From positions 1,024,001 through 1,088,000 of the forward strand of contig CAWFQB010000001.1 of the NCBI GenBank assembly GCA_963817895.1: 64,000 nucleotides of DNA, in the 5' to 3' direction. This stretch comes from an uncultured Chthonomonadaceae bacterium. GTDB taxonomy: Bacteria; Armatimonadota; Chthonomonadetes; Chthonomonadales; Chthonomonadaceae. The position numbers and the translations under genes are program-made. Shown here one piece after another: positions 49,914 through 59,553 of the stretch (position 1 is the first letter of the stretch; the number at the start of each line of letters is the position of its first letter). The notes below the pieces were generated by a model. It saw only the letters and a list, made by a program, of their open reading frames with translations. It was not told the origin of the DNA and searched no databases.

Positions 49914-50561
49914 TTACCCTGTACCCCCGTAAAGTTCCTGACACGCGGCCGCTATCTTCGCCAGTCTTCTGTTTCTTTCCACAATCGGGAAGGACTGAAG
50001 AGCCGCATTCGCGCTCGTTATCGTTTGGTAACTTCTGTCCAGCAGAGGGGTAGACAAAAGTTCGATAAGAAACGTTCGCCATGCGCCTGTATCATAGCCT
50101 GCTTCTTGCGAGATAGCCTCAAGAGCGCGTACATAGCGGTTGTAGTTGTTCAGACTTTCGTATTGGCGTATCTCTTCCAAAACAGGCGCGCTGAACTGCA
50201 AACCCAGTTCTTGTACCAGTTCGGGACGAAGCAGGCGCTCAAGCGTTTCAACAAGACCCTCCTCCCAACCGCGAAGGCCGAAATACACGCCCGGTTCTTC
50301 CGCGCCTGTAGAGAAAGCATGAAGCATCTCGTGGAAGTAGACGATCCACCGCGCTTCTGTCGAAAGAACTCCTCTGTCAACGCATATTGCGCAAGAAGCC
50401 CGCGCTTCATCCCATTGAATTTGTCCCCATGTGAGCAGGTAATTAACGGGAACAAAGTTACCATTCCAGCGGCACTCGCGGCCCGAAAGCAGACGTTCCA
50501 GCAACACTTGAACTTGTCTCAGTTCTCTGACATAATGTTCACTATCTGGTTGAGCGGTCAA
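49914..50561 (-). CDS. putative zincin metallopeptidase (HExxH + downstream E)
   Basis: YFHEMLHAFS...WEEGLVE; TTG start at 50561 after AAGGTG. Confidence 0.7.
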   Translation of the reverse strand: MTAQPDSEHYVRELRQVQVLLERLLSGRECRWNGNFVPVNYLLTWGQIQWDEARASCAICVDRGVLSTEARWIVYFHEMLHAFSTGAEEPGVYFGLRGWEEGLVETLERLLRPELVQELGLQFSAPVLEEIRQYESLNNYNRYVRALEAISQEAGYDTGAWRTFLIELLSTPLLDRSYQTITSANAALQSFPIVERNRRLAKIAAACQELYGGTG

Positions 50562-50625
50562 GAAGCCACACCTTTTACGGAAGCGCTGCCAACAGATATG
50601 CTTCCGATGGTTCCTGCAAGACTGG

Positions 50626-50654
50626 ATTATAACAGAATGTCGGCAGGGTGTCAA
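50626..50654 (-). promoter_or_regulatory. consensus sigma70 promoter
   Basis: TTGACA-17-TATAAT with extended -10 TG on the minus strand. Confidence 0.85.
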
Positions 50655-50836
50655 GAAGCGACAAATAGGCCGAACCGCGCAACGGCCTACCGCAGCAGCA
50701 TGGGCTAAATATTGCATACAGATGAAGAAGGACACAATGGAAAACAGCGACAGAGCGAGAGCCGAAAACGCGAACGAGGGCGCGGCAAAGGACAAGGCCG
50801 TAGTCCGCAAACCGCGCCACTGGCTGGCGCTGCGCC

Positions 50837-52381
50837 ATGCTGTCAATCGTGTTCGTGATGCTGGCGCTGTGGGGCTCGGCTTTAAGCGTGTGTACGCTGG
50901 GGCGAACGGCGTACCGCTGGCACGGCTTTCAGGTGGAATTGCGCCTGCTTCCCGCGAAACGGGGACTGACCACGCTGGTTTTGCGTCCGCTTGGCGAAGT
51001 GCAGGCGTATACCCATGCCGCGCCCGTCGCTCTTATCGCTACGCTGGAAGAGATTCAGGTAGACGAAATTAAAAAACTGGTGGGCAGCAATCCCAACCGC
51101 GACGATCTGGCGCAGGATTTCGAGCGGACGGCGCGGGCGGACTTGCGGAACTTTGTGTTGCGGCAGTTCGTTGTTGCCGCTTTGGGCGGGCTGCTCGCGC
51201 CCCTGCTGTTTCGCGCCCGCCGAACGCGCTGGTACGTGTGCGCCATGCTGCTCGGCGCGTGTGGCGTGGGCGTGATGCTCGGCAACATCCTGACCACGTT
51301 CGACAACCACGCCTTTCGGTCGCCTACCTATACGGGTACGCTGAAACAGGCGCCCTGGGTGATTCAGTTCGGCAAGGACGCCTTCACCAAAATCGAAGCC
51401 CTGTCACAGAAATTGCAGGCCGTCGCCAAAAATCTTGATGTGCTGTATGGGCGCATCAACACGCCTATCGGTGGCGCCACGCTGGACGACGGCCCGGACA
51501 CGTTTCGCATCCTGCACATCTCCGACATCCACAACAACCCCGCCGCGATGAACTTTGTGCGGCAGGTAGCCGACCAGTTCAAAGTGAAGTTCATCGTGGA
51601 TACGGGCGATTTAACCGATTTCGGCAGTCCGGCGGAAACAGCCGTTGCCGGCAACATCGGCAAACTGCCCTATTCCTACGTGTCCGTACTCGGCAACCAC
51701 GACTCACAGGCGGTGGGCAATGCTCTTGCCGCGCAGCCCAACGTCACCCTCCTCAATGGGCAACCCGTAACCCTGAACGGCGTGACTCTGCTCGGCCTGC
51801 CCAATCCCGCCTCGCAGCGCGACGGCGTTGGCAGCGTGGACACGAGCGATGCGCAAATCCAAACACAGCGCGACAAACTGCTGCAAATCGTTCGCGCCCT
51901 GCCGTTCCTGCCTGACATTGTTGCCGTACACGACCCCGAAGAATCCCGCGCCTTATGGGGTCGGGTCCCCCTGATTTTGTGTGGACACGAACACCGCTAC
52001 TACATCGAAACGCATGACGCTTCGGATGCGCAGCCTGCGCCCGCCAATACGCCGCCCGCCCCCGCTATGAAATCCACCATGCAAACCATTGTATGCAATG
52101 CAGGCACAACCGGCGCGGCAGGCGGACGCTATCTCGACAAAGCGAAAGGCATCGCGTTCTCCTGCGCCGTGCTGACATTCAGGAGTACAGAAAAGGAGAA
52201 AAGGAGAAAAGGAGAAGAGGAGACACAGAACGCGCAACATCCGAATGTCAATCCTCAATCGCCAATCGTCAATCGTCAATCCCAGTTGCGCGGCATTGAT
52301 ATGATCGTTCTGAATGGCGAATTAAACCAGTATTCGATTACGCACTACACGTTCAATGCGGAAGGAAGCGTAAAGCCTTGA
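50837..52381 (+). CDS. membrane-anchored calcineurin-like metallophosphoesterase (true start may be 50722 with an indel)
   Basis: HISDIH, DTGDLTD, GNHD, VH and CGHEH motifs; N-terminal TM segments. Confidence 0.85.
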   Translation: MLSIVFVMLALWGSALSVCTLGRTAYRWHGFQVELRLLPAKRGLTTLVLRPLGEVQAYTHAAPVALIATLEEIQVDEIKKLVGSNPNRDDLAQDFERTARADLRNFVLRQFVVAALGGLLAPLLFRARRTRWYVCAMLLGACGVGVMLGNILTTFDNHAFRSPTYTGTLKQAPWVIQFGKDAFTKIEALSQKLQAVAKNLDVLYGRINTPIGGATLDDGPDTFRILHISDIHNNPAAMNFVRQVADQFKVKFIVDTGDLTDFGSPAETAVAGNIGKLPYSYVSVLGNHDSQAVGNALAAQPNVTLLNGQPVTLNGVTLLGLPNPASQRDGVGSVDTSDAQIQTQRDKLLQIVRALPFLPDIVAVHDPEESRALWGRVPLILCGHEHRYYIETHDASDAQPAPANTPPAPAMKSTMQTIVCNAGTTGAAGGRYLDKAKGIAFSCAVLTFRSTEKEKRRKGEEETQNAQHPNVNPQSPIVNRQSQLRGIDMIVLNGELNQYSITHYTFNAEGSVKP

Positions 52382-52588
52382 GCCTTGAGAACAACACTCT
52401 CAACAAATGTTTGCAGGGACACAACATGTGATACTGTTGGCGAACTATTCAGACTGCCGCCCTTACCGCAGGCGTCCTGTGCCGGCAGACGGGCGCGAAA
52501 CTCACAACGGAGTCGTCACAGCCCTCATCGGTAAGTTCCAGACCCGGCGCGCTTCCAGTTGTGTCCGCCCCGGCTGCTTACTCTATCT

Positions 52589-54787
52589 TTATCGCGCTGC
52601 CGCTTGTGTGGACGGGGTTGGCGTCAATACCAGCGTATCCATGAAGAATTCCAGCATCCGGGTTGAGTTGATGCCGGAGTGTCCCCGATCCGGGCCGACC
52701 TGTAGATCGTAACTCTTGCCGGCCCGCTCCAGAGCGGAAACCAGTTGCAGCGTGTTGGACGGGTGGACGTTGTTGTCCGCTGTGCCGTAGTACAGCAGCA
52801 ACTTGCCCTTCAGGTTGTTCACATAGGTCATGGCGGAACCCGCGTCGTAATCCGCTTTGTTCTGCTGGGGCAGGCCCATAAACCGCTCCGTGTAGATGCT
52901 GTCGTAGTTACGCCAATCCGTCACGGCGGACGAGGCGCAGGCAGCCTGAAACACGTCCGGGTAGCGCAGCAGGCACATGATGGACGCATAGCCGCCATAC
53001 GACGTGCCGTAAATGCCTACTCGCGTTCCGTCCACATACGGGCGCTGCCGCAAAAACTTTACGCCAAGCGCCTGATCGTCAATGTCCGCCTGCCCCAGTT
53101 TGCGATAAATGGCCTCGATGTACGCTTTGCCCCGGTGCAGCGTGCCGCGTCCATCGAAAGAAGCGACTAAAAAGCCCAGCTCCGCCAACGCCTGCGGCGC
53201 GCGGAACGTCTCCGTGACCATTTCGGCTCCGGGCGTTTCCGGCCCGGCGTACACGTTTACAAGAAGCGGATACTTCTTTGTCGCGTCGAAGTTGGAGGGT
53301 TTGTACAGCAGGCCATGCACGTCGGTTGCGCTATCCGCCGCTTTGTAGGTAAAGGATTCCGGCGGGGAAAAGCCCGCCGCTTTCATCGTCGCCAGATCGC
53401 CCTGCGCCAGCGTGGAAACTACTGTGCCACCCGCGTCCAAAACCCGCGTCATAGCCGGCGTGTCATGGGATTGCGCTATGTCCACACAGAATTTGCCGTC
53501 CGGGGACACATCCACGCGGTGCGAATAGTGTGGGTCGGTCAGGCGCGTATCCCCGGTTCCATCCAGCCGAACGCGGTGCAACTGCGTTTTCAGCATGTTG
53601 TCGCCGTCCCGCGCCGTGTAATAAACGATACCGGCGGCCTCGTCCACGCGCTCGACGCGATCCGCCTCGAACTCGTTTTTGGTCAGGGTTTGCAGCAGTT
53701 TCCCGCTCAGGTCGTACAGGTAGAGATTGCGCCAGCCGTTGCGCTCGGACGCCAGAATAAACCGCTGTCCATCTTTCAGGAACGTCAGCGCGGGCAGATT
53801 GGTTGTCCAGCTCTGCGGGCGCGTTTCGCGGACGATGGTATGACACGCGCCTGTTTTGGGATCGGCAGCCGCCACTTCCATGATGTTTTGCAGGCGGTTC
53901 GTCCGGTAGAACAGCAATTGCGCGCCGTCGGGCGTCCAGCGCGGGTTGTACACGTAATGGCCGACAACCTCATTGTCAAAGGGCTTGCCGTCGCGCGTAT
54001 CCAGTCGCGTCGTCTGTTTGGTGGCGAGATCGTACACGTAAATATCTACGACCGGGTTGGGCGCGCCCGCTTTTGGGTACGGTTCCGCGTCCAACTGATC
54101 CTGTATTTGCAGATTGCGCATCGTCACATAATAATCCGGCACTTTGCTCTCGTCGAAGCGATAATAGGCCAGTTTTTTGCTGTCGGGCGACCACCACATC
54201 GCTGTATGCTGCTCCAGTTCCTCGCCATACACCCAACTGGCCGTGCCGTAAAACAGACGTTTTGGGCGGCTGCCGTCCTGCGTCACCTGAACAGGGTTTG
54301 TGTCGTCCGCGCCACTCAGCCACACATTGGCGTCTTTGTACGCGGCTTTCCACTTTCCATCCGGCGACAAATCATCGCTCAATTGTCGGCCTCGCGCCAC
54401 GCCGCCGCCACCGCGAAATCCGCCGAACGTGGGGCGCGGCGCGGCTTCGTTGGTTTCCGCGCTTTTTTGCTGCGCCACGTCGTATTTGTAAGTTTTGTCG
54501 CCCTGACGGTAAATGTAGCCGCTGCTGTCCGCTGTCCACCCACCCGTTGCCGTCCCCTTGAAAGCGTCGGCAGTGACCTCGCGCAGTTTGCGGGTCTGTT
54601 CCCGATAGCGGGCGTATCCCGGCATGTTGGGGAGCCGATCCTGCGCCTGCCCAAGTGGGGCCAAACACGCGCCCAACGCCAGCGTGAGCAGGACGTTTCG
54701 CAGGCGAGGGCGGGGCGAACAGACAGGCCGCGCGGATTGTTGCCGGGAAGCACAGGGGAGTATTCTCTGGTAAAAGGTTATAGACAT
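52589..54787 (-). CDS. S9B dipeptidyl-peptidase IV family protein
   Basis: WVYGEE, WWSPDSKK, YPKAG, GTSYGG, DNNVH and RGH motifs; signal peptide. Confidence 0.93.
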   Translation of the reverse strand: MSITFYQRILPCASRQQSARPVCSPRPRLRNVLLTLALGACLAPLGQAQDRLPNMPGYARYREQTRKLREVTADAFKGTATGGWTADSSGYIYRQGDKTYKYDVAQQKSAETNEAAPRPTFGGFRGGGGVARGRQLSDDLSPDGKWKAAYKDANVWLSGADDTNPVQVTQDGSRPKRLFYGTASWVYGEELEQHTAMWWSPDSKKLAYYRFDESKVPDYYVTMRNLQIQDQLDAEPYPKAGAPNPVVDIYVYDLATKQTTRLDTRDGKPFDNEVVGHYVYNPRWTPDGAQLLFYRTNRLQNIMEVAAADPKTGACHTIVRETRPQSWTTNLPALTFLKDGQRFILASERNGWRNLYLYDLSGKLLQTLTKNEFEADRVERVDEAAGIVYYTARDGDNMLKTQLHRVRLDGTGDTRLTDPHYSHRVDVSPDGKFCVDIAQSHDTPAMTRVLDAGGTVVSTLAQGDLATMKAAGFSPPESFTYKAADSATDVHGLLYKPSNFDATKKYPLLVNVYAGPETPGAEMVTETFRAPQALAELGFLVASFDGRGTLHRGKAYIEAIYRKLGQADIDDQALGVKFLRQRPYVDGTRVGIYGTSYGGYASIMCLLRYPDVFQAACASSAVTDWRNYDSIYTERFMGLPQQNKADYDAGSAMTYVNNLKGKLLLYYGTADNNVHPSNTLQLVSALERAGKSYDLQVGPDRGHSGINSTRMLEFFMDTLVLTPTPSTQAAAR

Positions 54788-54899
54788 GTGGGCGGACTCC
54801 TGATTCTGAAAACAGCCGCGAATACACGCGAATACACGCGAATGGGTTGAGGGCTGCCTGCAATAATTATATCAGTACAGGAAGCCGAGTTGAGTATAC

Positions 54900-54927
54900 A
54901 TTCGACGAGGGTACGGTAGAAACCTGC
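54900..54927 (-). promoter_or_regulatory. SigH-type promoter for the S9 peptidase
   Basis: GCAGG-N19-GAAT on the minus strand. Confidence 0.45.
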
Positions 54928-55176
54928 CAACCTCCGAGGCGCTTTTCAGATGTAAGGCATGGCGTGTGCCGGGTATTTTCAATCCCTGACAACCCGCGTC
55001 TATGTGAGTGCCTTAAATTTGCAACCCCCATGTGTACTGGTTTGCCGTTTTTGGAAAGAAATAGATGCGCGGGAACAGGACTGCGCGGGGCGCGTATTCT
55101 GGTACAGCAGTATCGCAAACGTTTCAAGATGCGCAATGCAGAAACGCTCACCTTTCGACGACAAGAGGCAACTACC

Positions 55177-55692
55177 ATGACAAACGACAATTCTGCTTCC
55201 GGCAGAGCCACCCACACCGCGCCCACCTACACGGATTTGACTAACAACAGTTCCCCTATCAGCGACCCGACCGGGGGCGGGTTGGCAGGCGGCAGCGCGG
55301 ACAATCCGATGACGCCACAAAATTCAGGCGGCGCGAGTCCCCTTGATGGCGACAACCTCACTTCAGACCCGATGGCACAGCCGTTGCCGCCCGCGCAGGA
55401 TGCGGGACAGAACGTATCCGCTTCGCCCGACCTGCACACCGGCATCGCCACCGAACCTCTGCCCCTGACCAGCAGCACAGGCACAGGTTTCAATGCCCCG
55501 GATGCGGGAACGGGCATACCCGACAACAGCGGCAGCGCAGCGGGAGGAATGGCTACAGCCACAGCCCCGGCAGGCGGCGACGCGCCCCTTCCCGGCGTGG
55601 GCAGCATAGATCGAGACACGCTGGCCGGGGAAATGAAAGGGGCCGGTTCGCAGGCCAATGCCGAAGCCATCAGTTCCACCGGCCCAATCTAA
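55177..55692 (+). CDS. hypothetical acidic disordered protein
   Basis: SD GAGG before ATG 55177; Gly/Pro/Ser/Thr/Asp-rich. Confidence 0.65.
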   Translation: MTNDNSASGRATHTAPTYTDLTNNSSPISDPTGGGLAGGSADNPMTPQNSGGASPLDGDNLTSDPMAQPLPPAQDAGQNVSASPDLHTGIATEPLPLTSSTGTGFNAPDAGTGIPDNSGSAAGGMATATAPAGGDAPLPGVGSIDRDTLAGEMKGAGSQANAEAISSTGPI

Positions 55693-55737
55693 ACCTCCGG
55701 GTTAATCATGGTAAAATAATACACGGAGGGTGAAAAC

Positions 55738-56736
55738 ATGCTGCGCTGGCTAAGTTTGTTAATTCTGAGTACGCTGTGTTTGGGAGGGGCGCAGCCACAG
55801 CATTTATTGCTGCCGGATTCCTTAAAGCAGAAAATGGCTGCAGGCGTACCGGTGCGCGTGGTAGATGTAGACCTGACGGATAAGCGGGTACAGGTAAGCG
55901 TTCAAACGGCGCGCGGAATGCCACGCGGCGCGGAGAGTTTCTCAACGTTGCTTGCGCGAACGCATCCCACGATTGCCATCAACGGCACGTATTTTTCCAC
56001 TATCGGCCTGGCTCCCATCGGGGATATTATGATTCGGGGCAAGCTGCTGTATCGGGGCGGCATGGGTACGGCGCTGGCGATCACGCCGGAAAAGCAGGCC
56101 ATCATTCAGCGCGTGGGGCAGAGTGGCAACCCCAAATGGAAAGGTTACGATACGGTACTGGCCTGTGGACCGGCGCTTGTGCTGAATGGCAAAGTGGACG
56201 TGACGCCGACCGAAGAGGGCTTCCAAGACCCGCATATTATGGGATCAACCCCGCGTATGGGCGTGGGGCTTACACCCGCCGGCCATTTGCTGCTGGCGCA
56301 AACGCTTGCGTCGGTTGACTTTCGTAAATGGGCGGAGGTCATGCTGGCGTTGGGATGCCGGGACGCCATGAATCTGGACGCGGGCGCGTCCGCAGCCCTG
56401 TACTATCGCGGCAAAACCCTGCGCTCACCGGGCCGTGACCTGACCAACATTCTGGCTGTATACGTTGACCGCCCGCTTCCTGATCTCGCGTTGCTGGCTC
56501 CCGGACCGGAAATAGCGGATGAATTTGCGGCGAACGGACGGCATAGCTCTCATGCAAGCGACAACGCGAAAGACCCCGGCAATTCCTCCAGTCCAAAGGC
56601 CGTTTCGGTGCGCCTGTGCGGAGATACCTTCCAAAAAGCGACGGATTTCTGCCCCACAACGGTGTTGCGCCGCGTTGTAAAGGGGAAACGGCTTCCCACC
56701 TGCCGACTGCACTCCTCTCCGCAAAGCGAAAGATGA
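55738..56736 (+). CDS. phosphodiester glycosidase (NAGPA) family protein
   Basis: AINGTYF, GPALV, PRMGVG and AMNLDAGAS motifs; signal peptide. Confidence 0.88.
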   Translation: MLRWLSLLILSTLCLGGAQPQHLLLPDSLKQKMAAGVPVRVVDVDLTDKRVQVSVQTARGMPRGAESFSTLLARTHPTIAINGTYFSTIGLAPIGDIMIRGKLLYRGGMGTALAITPEKQAIIQRVGQSGNPKWKGYDTVLACGPALVLNGKVDVTPTEEGFQDPHIMGSTPRMGVGLTPAGHLLLAQTLASVDFRKWAEVMLALGCRDAMNLDAGASAALYYRGKTLRSPGRDLTNILAVYVDRPLPDLALLAPGPEIADEFAANGRHSSHASDNAKDPGNSSSPKAVSVRLCGDTFQKATDFCPTTVLRRVVKGKRLPTCRLHSSPQSER

Positions 56737-56819
56737 GACATCATTTCCTGAGTTTGTCTGATAACGTCAGGCAGGACGTTATTCACGAAGATACGGAACA
56801 TTTAGCGACAGGAGATCAA

Positions 56820-57626
56820 ATGCCGCCTGAATTTACCGGCGCGTCGGTTGCTTCGGAAACCAACGCGCCTGCGCTAAACGACATGGAAGCGCAACTTGCG
56901 TTTTTTAACGCCAACAGCTACGTCGTATTGCCCGGTCTGTTGCCGCCTGATCTGGTACGAGCATTGAACGCGGCCATTGACCGCGACCGGCAGGACAACG
57001 AGTTTCTCTGGTGGTTCCGGGGCAGTCCGAACAACGCTTCCAATCTGCTGCTGACGCAGCCTGTTTTCGATTCGGTGACGCGCCTGCCGGTCGTAGTAAA
57101 TCTGCTGAATCGGCTGATGGGCGGACCCGTGTGTTTTGAGGAACTGTCCGTACAAATCTCGGAACCCGGCGCGGCCCAACCAACCGGCTGACATCGGGAT
57201 ACCCGCTACCGGCCCGAACATCCCCTGCATCTGGAATACCCGCAGGTGATCGCGTACCTGACCGATGTGGACGAGACAACGCATTGCTTCACCATCAGCC
57301 CGGAACCCGCGCATGGCCCCATTCTGGAACAGGACGCGCATTTGCAGCGCGGCGGCACAACTTATCTGCATGGCAAAGCAGGCACGGCCATTCAGTTCAA
57401 CAGCGCGACCGTGCATGGCCTGACCCGGCGCAAAACCGACAATCAGCGGCGTATCCTGCAAATGTACTATGGACACGAAGGCCACGCGGAACTCAGTCAG
57501 GTGACGATTATTCCGCCCCGCTTATGGCGCGACCATCCCGATGCGGAAACCCGCCGCTTTTTCAGCAAGCACAGCCGTTACAGCCGCCTGATGCACGAGG
57601 GCATGGGCATCGAAACTATGCAGTAG
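56820..57626 (+). pseudogene. PhyH-family Fe(II)/2OG dioxygenase interrupted by an in-frame TGA at 57189-57191
   Basis: G*HRD (the W-H-x-D motif), YLTDV, GKAGTA..F....VHG...RR; both halves are in the same frame. Confidence 0.75.
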
Positions 57627-57648
57627 CGTTGAACAGAAGGGAATACAC

Positions 57649-58953
57649 ATGTCATACTCACGTCACCTCAATTCTGCGCGACCAACTTTTTATGGGTACT
57701 GGCTGGCTGCGTTGCTGTTCCTGACGCTTACCGTGAATGCCTCGGCGCAGATTACGGTTATACGGGCGGGGCGGTTGATAGACCCGGCCACCGGCGCCAT
57801 CCGACAGAATCAGGTACTGGTGATCGAAAAGGACAAAATCAAGGCCGTTGGTCCCGACGCGGCGATTCCTCCCGGCGCGACGGTGATTGATCTTTCCCGC
57901 GAAACCGTACTGCCTGGTCTCTTCGACTGCCATACGCACCTGTGCCTGAATATGACGCTGCCACAAGGCCCCACTGACCGCGAGTTTTACGAAGCCCTGC
58001 TGCTGACTATCACCACCAACTCAACGGCTTATCGCGCCTTGCAGGGAGCCGCCAATGCCCGCGCGATGCTGAATGTGGGCTTTACAACCGTGCGGGACGT
58101 GGGCAACTCAGGCCGATATGGCGACACAGATTTGCGCCGCGCTATTGAGGAGGGACTGCTGGTTGGTCCCACTATCGTCAACGCGGGCCGGATCATCGCG
58201 CCCTTCGGCGGGCAGATTTCACTCGTGTTCACGCCGGAACATCACGACCGCAATAACCCCGAGTACTTTTATGCCGATACGCGCGATGAACTTAAAAAGG
58301 CGGTGCGGGAAAACATTCTTTACGGCGCGAAGGTAATCAAATTGGTCGTGGATGACCAGCCCTATATCTACAGTGTCGAAGACATCCGCTCGGTTGTGGA
58401 GGAAGCGTCAAAAGCCGGGCTGAAGGTGGCGGCGCACGGCTTCACGCGAGCGGGAGCGCTGAATGCGATTCAGGCCGGCGTTGCTTCATTGGAACACGGC
58501 TATGACCTGACCGATGACGACCTGCGCCTGGCAAAACAGAAGGGAGTGACACTCGTGGGAACGGACCGGTCTGAACTCGTCTACCATTATCTACAGGTTC
58601 CCCTGGACAGTCAGGCAAAGCGAATTGACCGTTTGAAACGCGCCTGGCGGCTTGGCGTTCCGATGGCCTTCGGCACCGATGTGTACTTCGAGGTTCCCGG
58701 CCATACGCGCGGAACTGCGGCACTAACCAGTCTGGAGTGTTTTGTCAAGGCAGGCATCCCCGCTCCCGGAATACTGCGCCTGATGACAACGGATGCGGCG
58801 CGGCTGTTAGGCGTCGAGGGTGAGCGGGGCGCAGTCAGTCCGGGCATGTATGCGGACCTGATTGCCGTGTCGGGCAACCCACTCGAAGACATTCAGACCC
58901 TGAAGCGCGTAGATTTCGTGATGAAAAACGGCGTGGTTGTTCGCCAGCCCTAA
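57649..58953 (+). CDS. secreted amidohydrolase (Xaa-Pro dipeptidase-like)
   Basis: LPGLFDCHTH, GFTTVRDVG, VAAH, LEHG, FGTD and ADLIAV.GNPL motifs. Confidence 0.92.
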   Translation: MSYSRHLNSARPTFYGYWLAALLFLTLTVNASAQITVIRAGRLIDPATGAIRQNQVLVIEKDKIKAVGPDAAIPPGATVIDLSRETVLPGLFDCHTHLCLNMTLPQGPTDREFYEALLLTITTNSTAYRALQGAANARAMLNVGFTTVRDVGNSGRYGDTDLRRAIEEGLLVGPTIVNAGRIIAPFGGQISLVFTPEHHDRNNPEYFYADTRDELKKAVRENILYGAKVIKLVVDDQPYIYSVEDIRSVVEEASKAGLKVAAHGFTRAGALNAIQAGVASLEHGYDLTDDDLRLAKQKGVTLVGTDRSELVYHYLQVPLDSQAKRIDRLKRAWRLGVPMAFGTDVYFEVPGHTRGTAALTSLECFVKAGIPAPGILRLMTTDAARLLGVEGERGAVSPGMYADLIAVSGNPLEDIQTLKRVDFVMKNGVVVRQP

Positions 58954-59250
58954 CCTGCACGGCACGGACATAAGCGCCATTTCCAAACTCATTGAATACA
59001 AGCATGTCATGCATCCTCTCCCGAGTAACAGGACGGATAATGCGCACAAGCGCTTCGTCACGCGCCACCCACTCCACTTCCAGGCTTTCGGGAATGATGC
59101 GCGGTTCACCTTCGATCCACTCACACAAAAAATCGAACATGACGATATGCGACTTTGTATTGGAATATACGCCGCCCAATTTGCCTGCATCAGTAACTGC
59201 TTCACTTGACTCTCACAAAGCGTGAACTGATTCTTCCCAACTTAGCCGTT
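58950..59250 (-). pseudogene. degraded NUDIX hydrolase remnant
   Basis: GKLGGVYSN...IVMFDFLCEWIEGE...ESLEVEWV..DEAL resembles a NUDIX C-terminal half; no intact Nudix box or start. Confidence 0.45.
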
Positions 59251-59277
59251 GACGAAATGGCGTACAAGGCGTATAAT
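59249..59277 (+). promoter_or_regulatory. sigma70 promoter of the leuS leader
   Basis: TTGACG-17-TATAAT. Confidence 0.8.
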
Positions 59278-59353
59278 GAACACATCTTTAACCAATCGCG
59301 ACTTTTGCCGCTCTCACCCAGTCTTGCAGGGTATGTGCGCCATCGCAAATGCA

Positions 59354-59449
59354 ATGTCTGATTTGACACACAATCGTCTTTTTTTCGCCCCTGCGCGGCT
59401 TGCCACCCTCCGCCTTCAGAGCCTTGCCTTTTTGCATGTCTCTTTCTGA
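59354..59449 (+). CDS. Leu-rich leader peptide of the leuS attenuator
   Basis: MSDLTHNRLFFAPARLATLRLQSLAFLHVSF*: 7 Leu in 31 aa (4 CTT, 2 TTG, 1 CTC). Confidence 0.65.
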   Translation: MSDLTHNRLFFAPARLATLRLQSLAFLHVSF

Positions 59450-59481
59450 GCGGTTGGCCGACACTTTTCCGATGGATGCGC

Positions 59482-59518
59482 CCCGGCGACCGCAACGCGG
59501 TTGACCGGGTTTTATTTT
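59482..59518 (+). terminator. attenuator terminator upstream of leuS
   Basis: CCCGGCGACCGC-AAC-GCGGTTGACCGGG followed by TTTTATTTT. Confidence 0.8.
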
Positions 59519-59553
59519 GGTGGATGCCAGCCACCAACCACCAGAGGCTCATT

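Noticed and set aside
53315..54850. Long antisense ORFs (e.g. 53315-54850, 39842-41014, 14046-15206)
   Set aside because: Shadow frames of well-supported GC-rich genes
57189..57191. Genome-wide TGA reassignment
   Set aside because: ymdB, nrdR, GH36, lon and others end in TGA at the expected lengths
59280..59553. T-box riboswitch before leuS
   Set aside because: No GGTGGNACC antiterminator bulge or Stem I motifs; the leader-peptide model fits better
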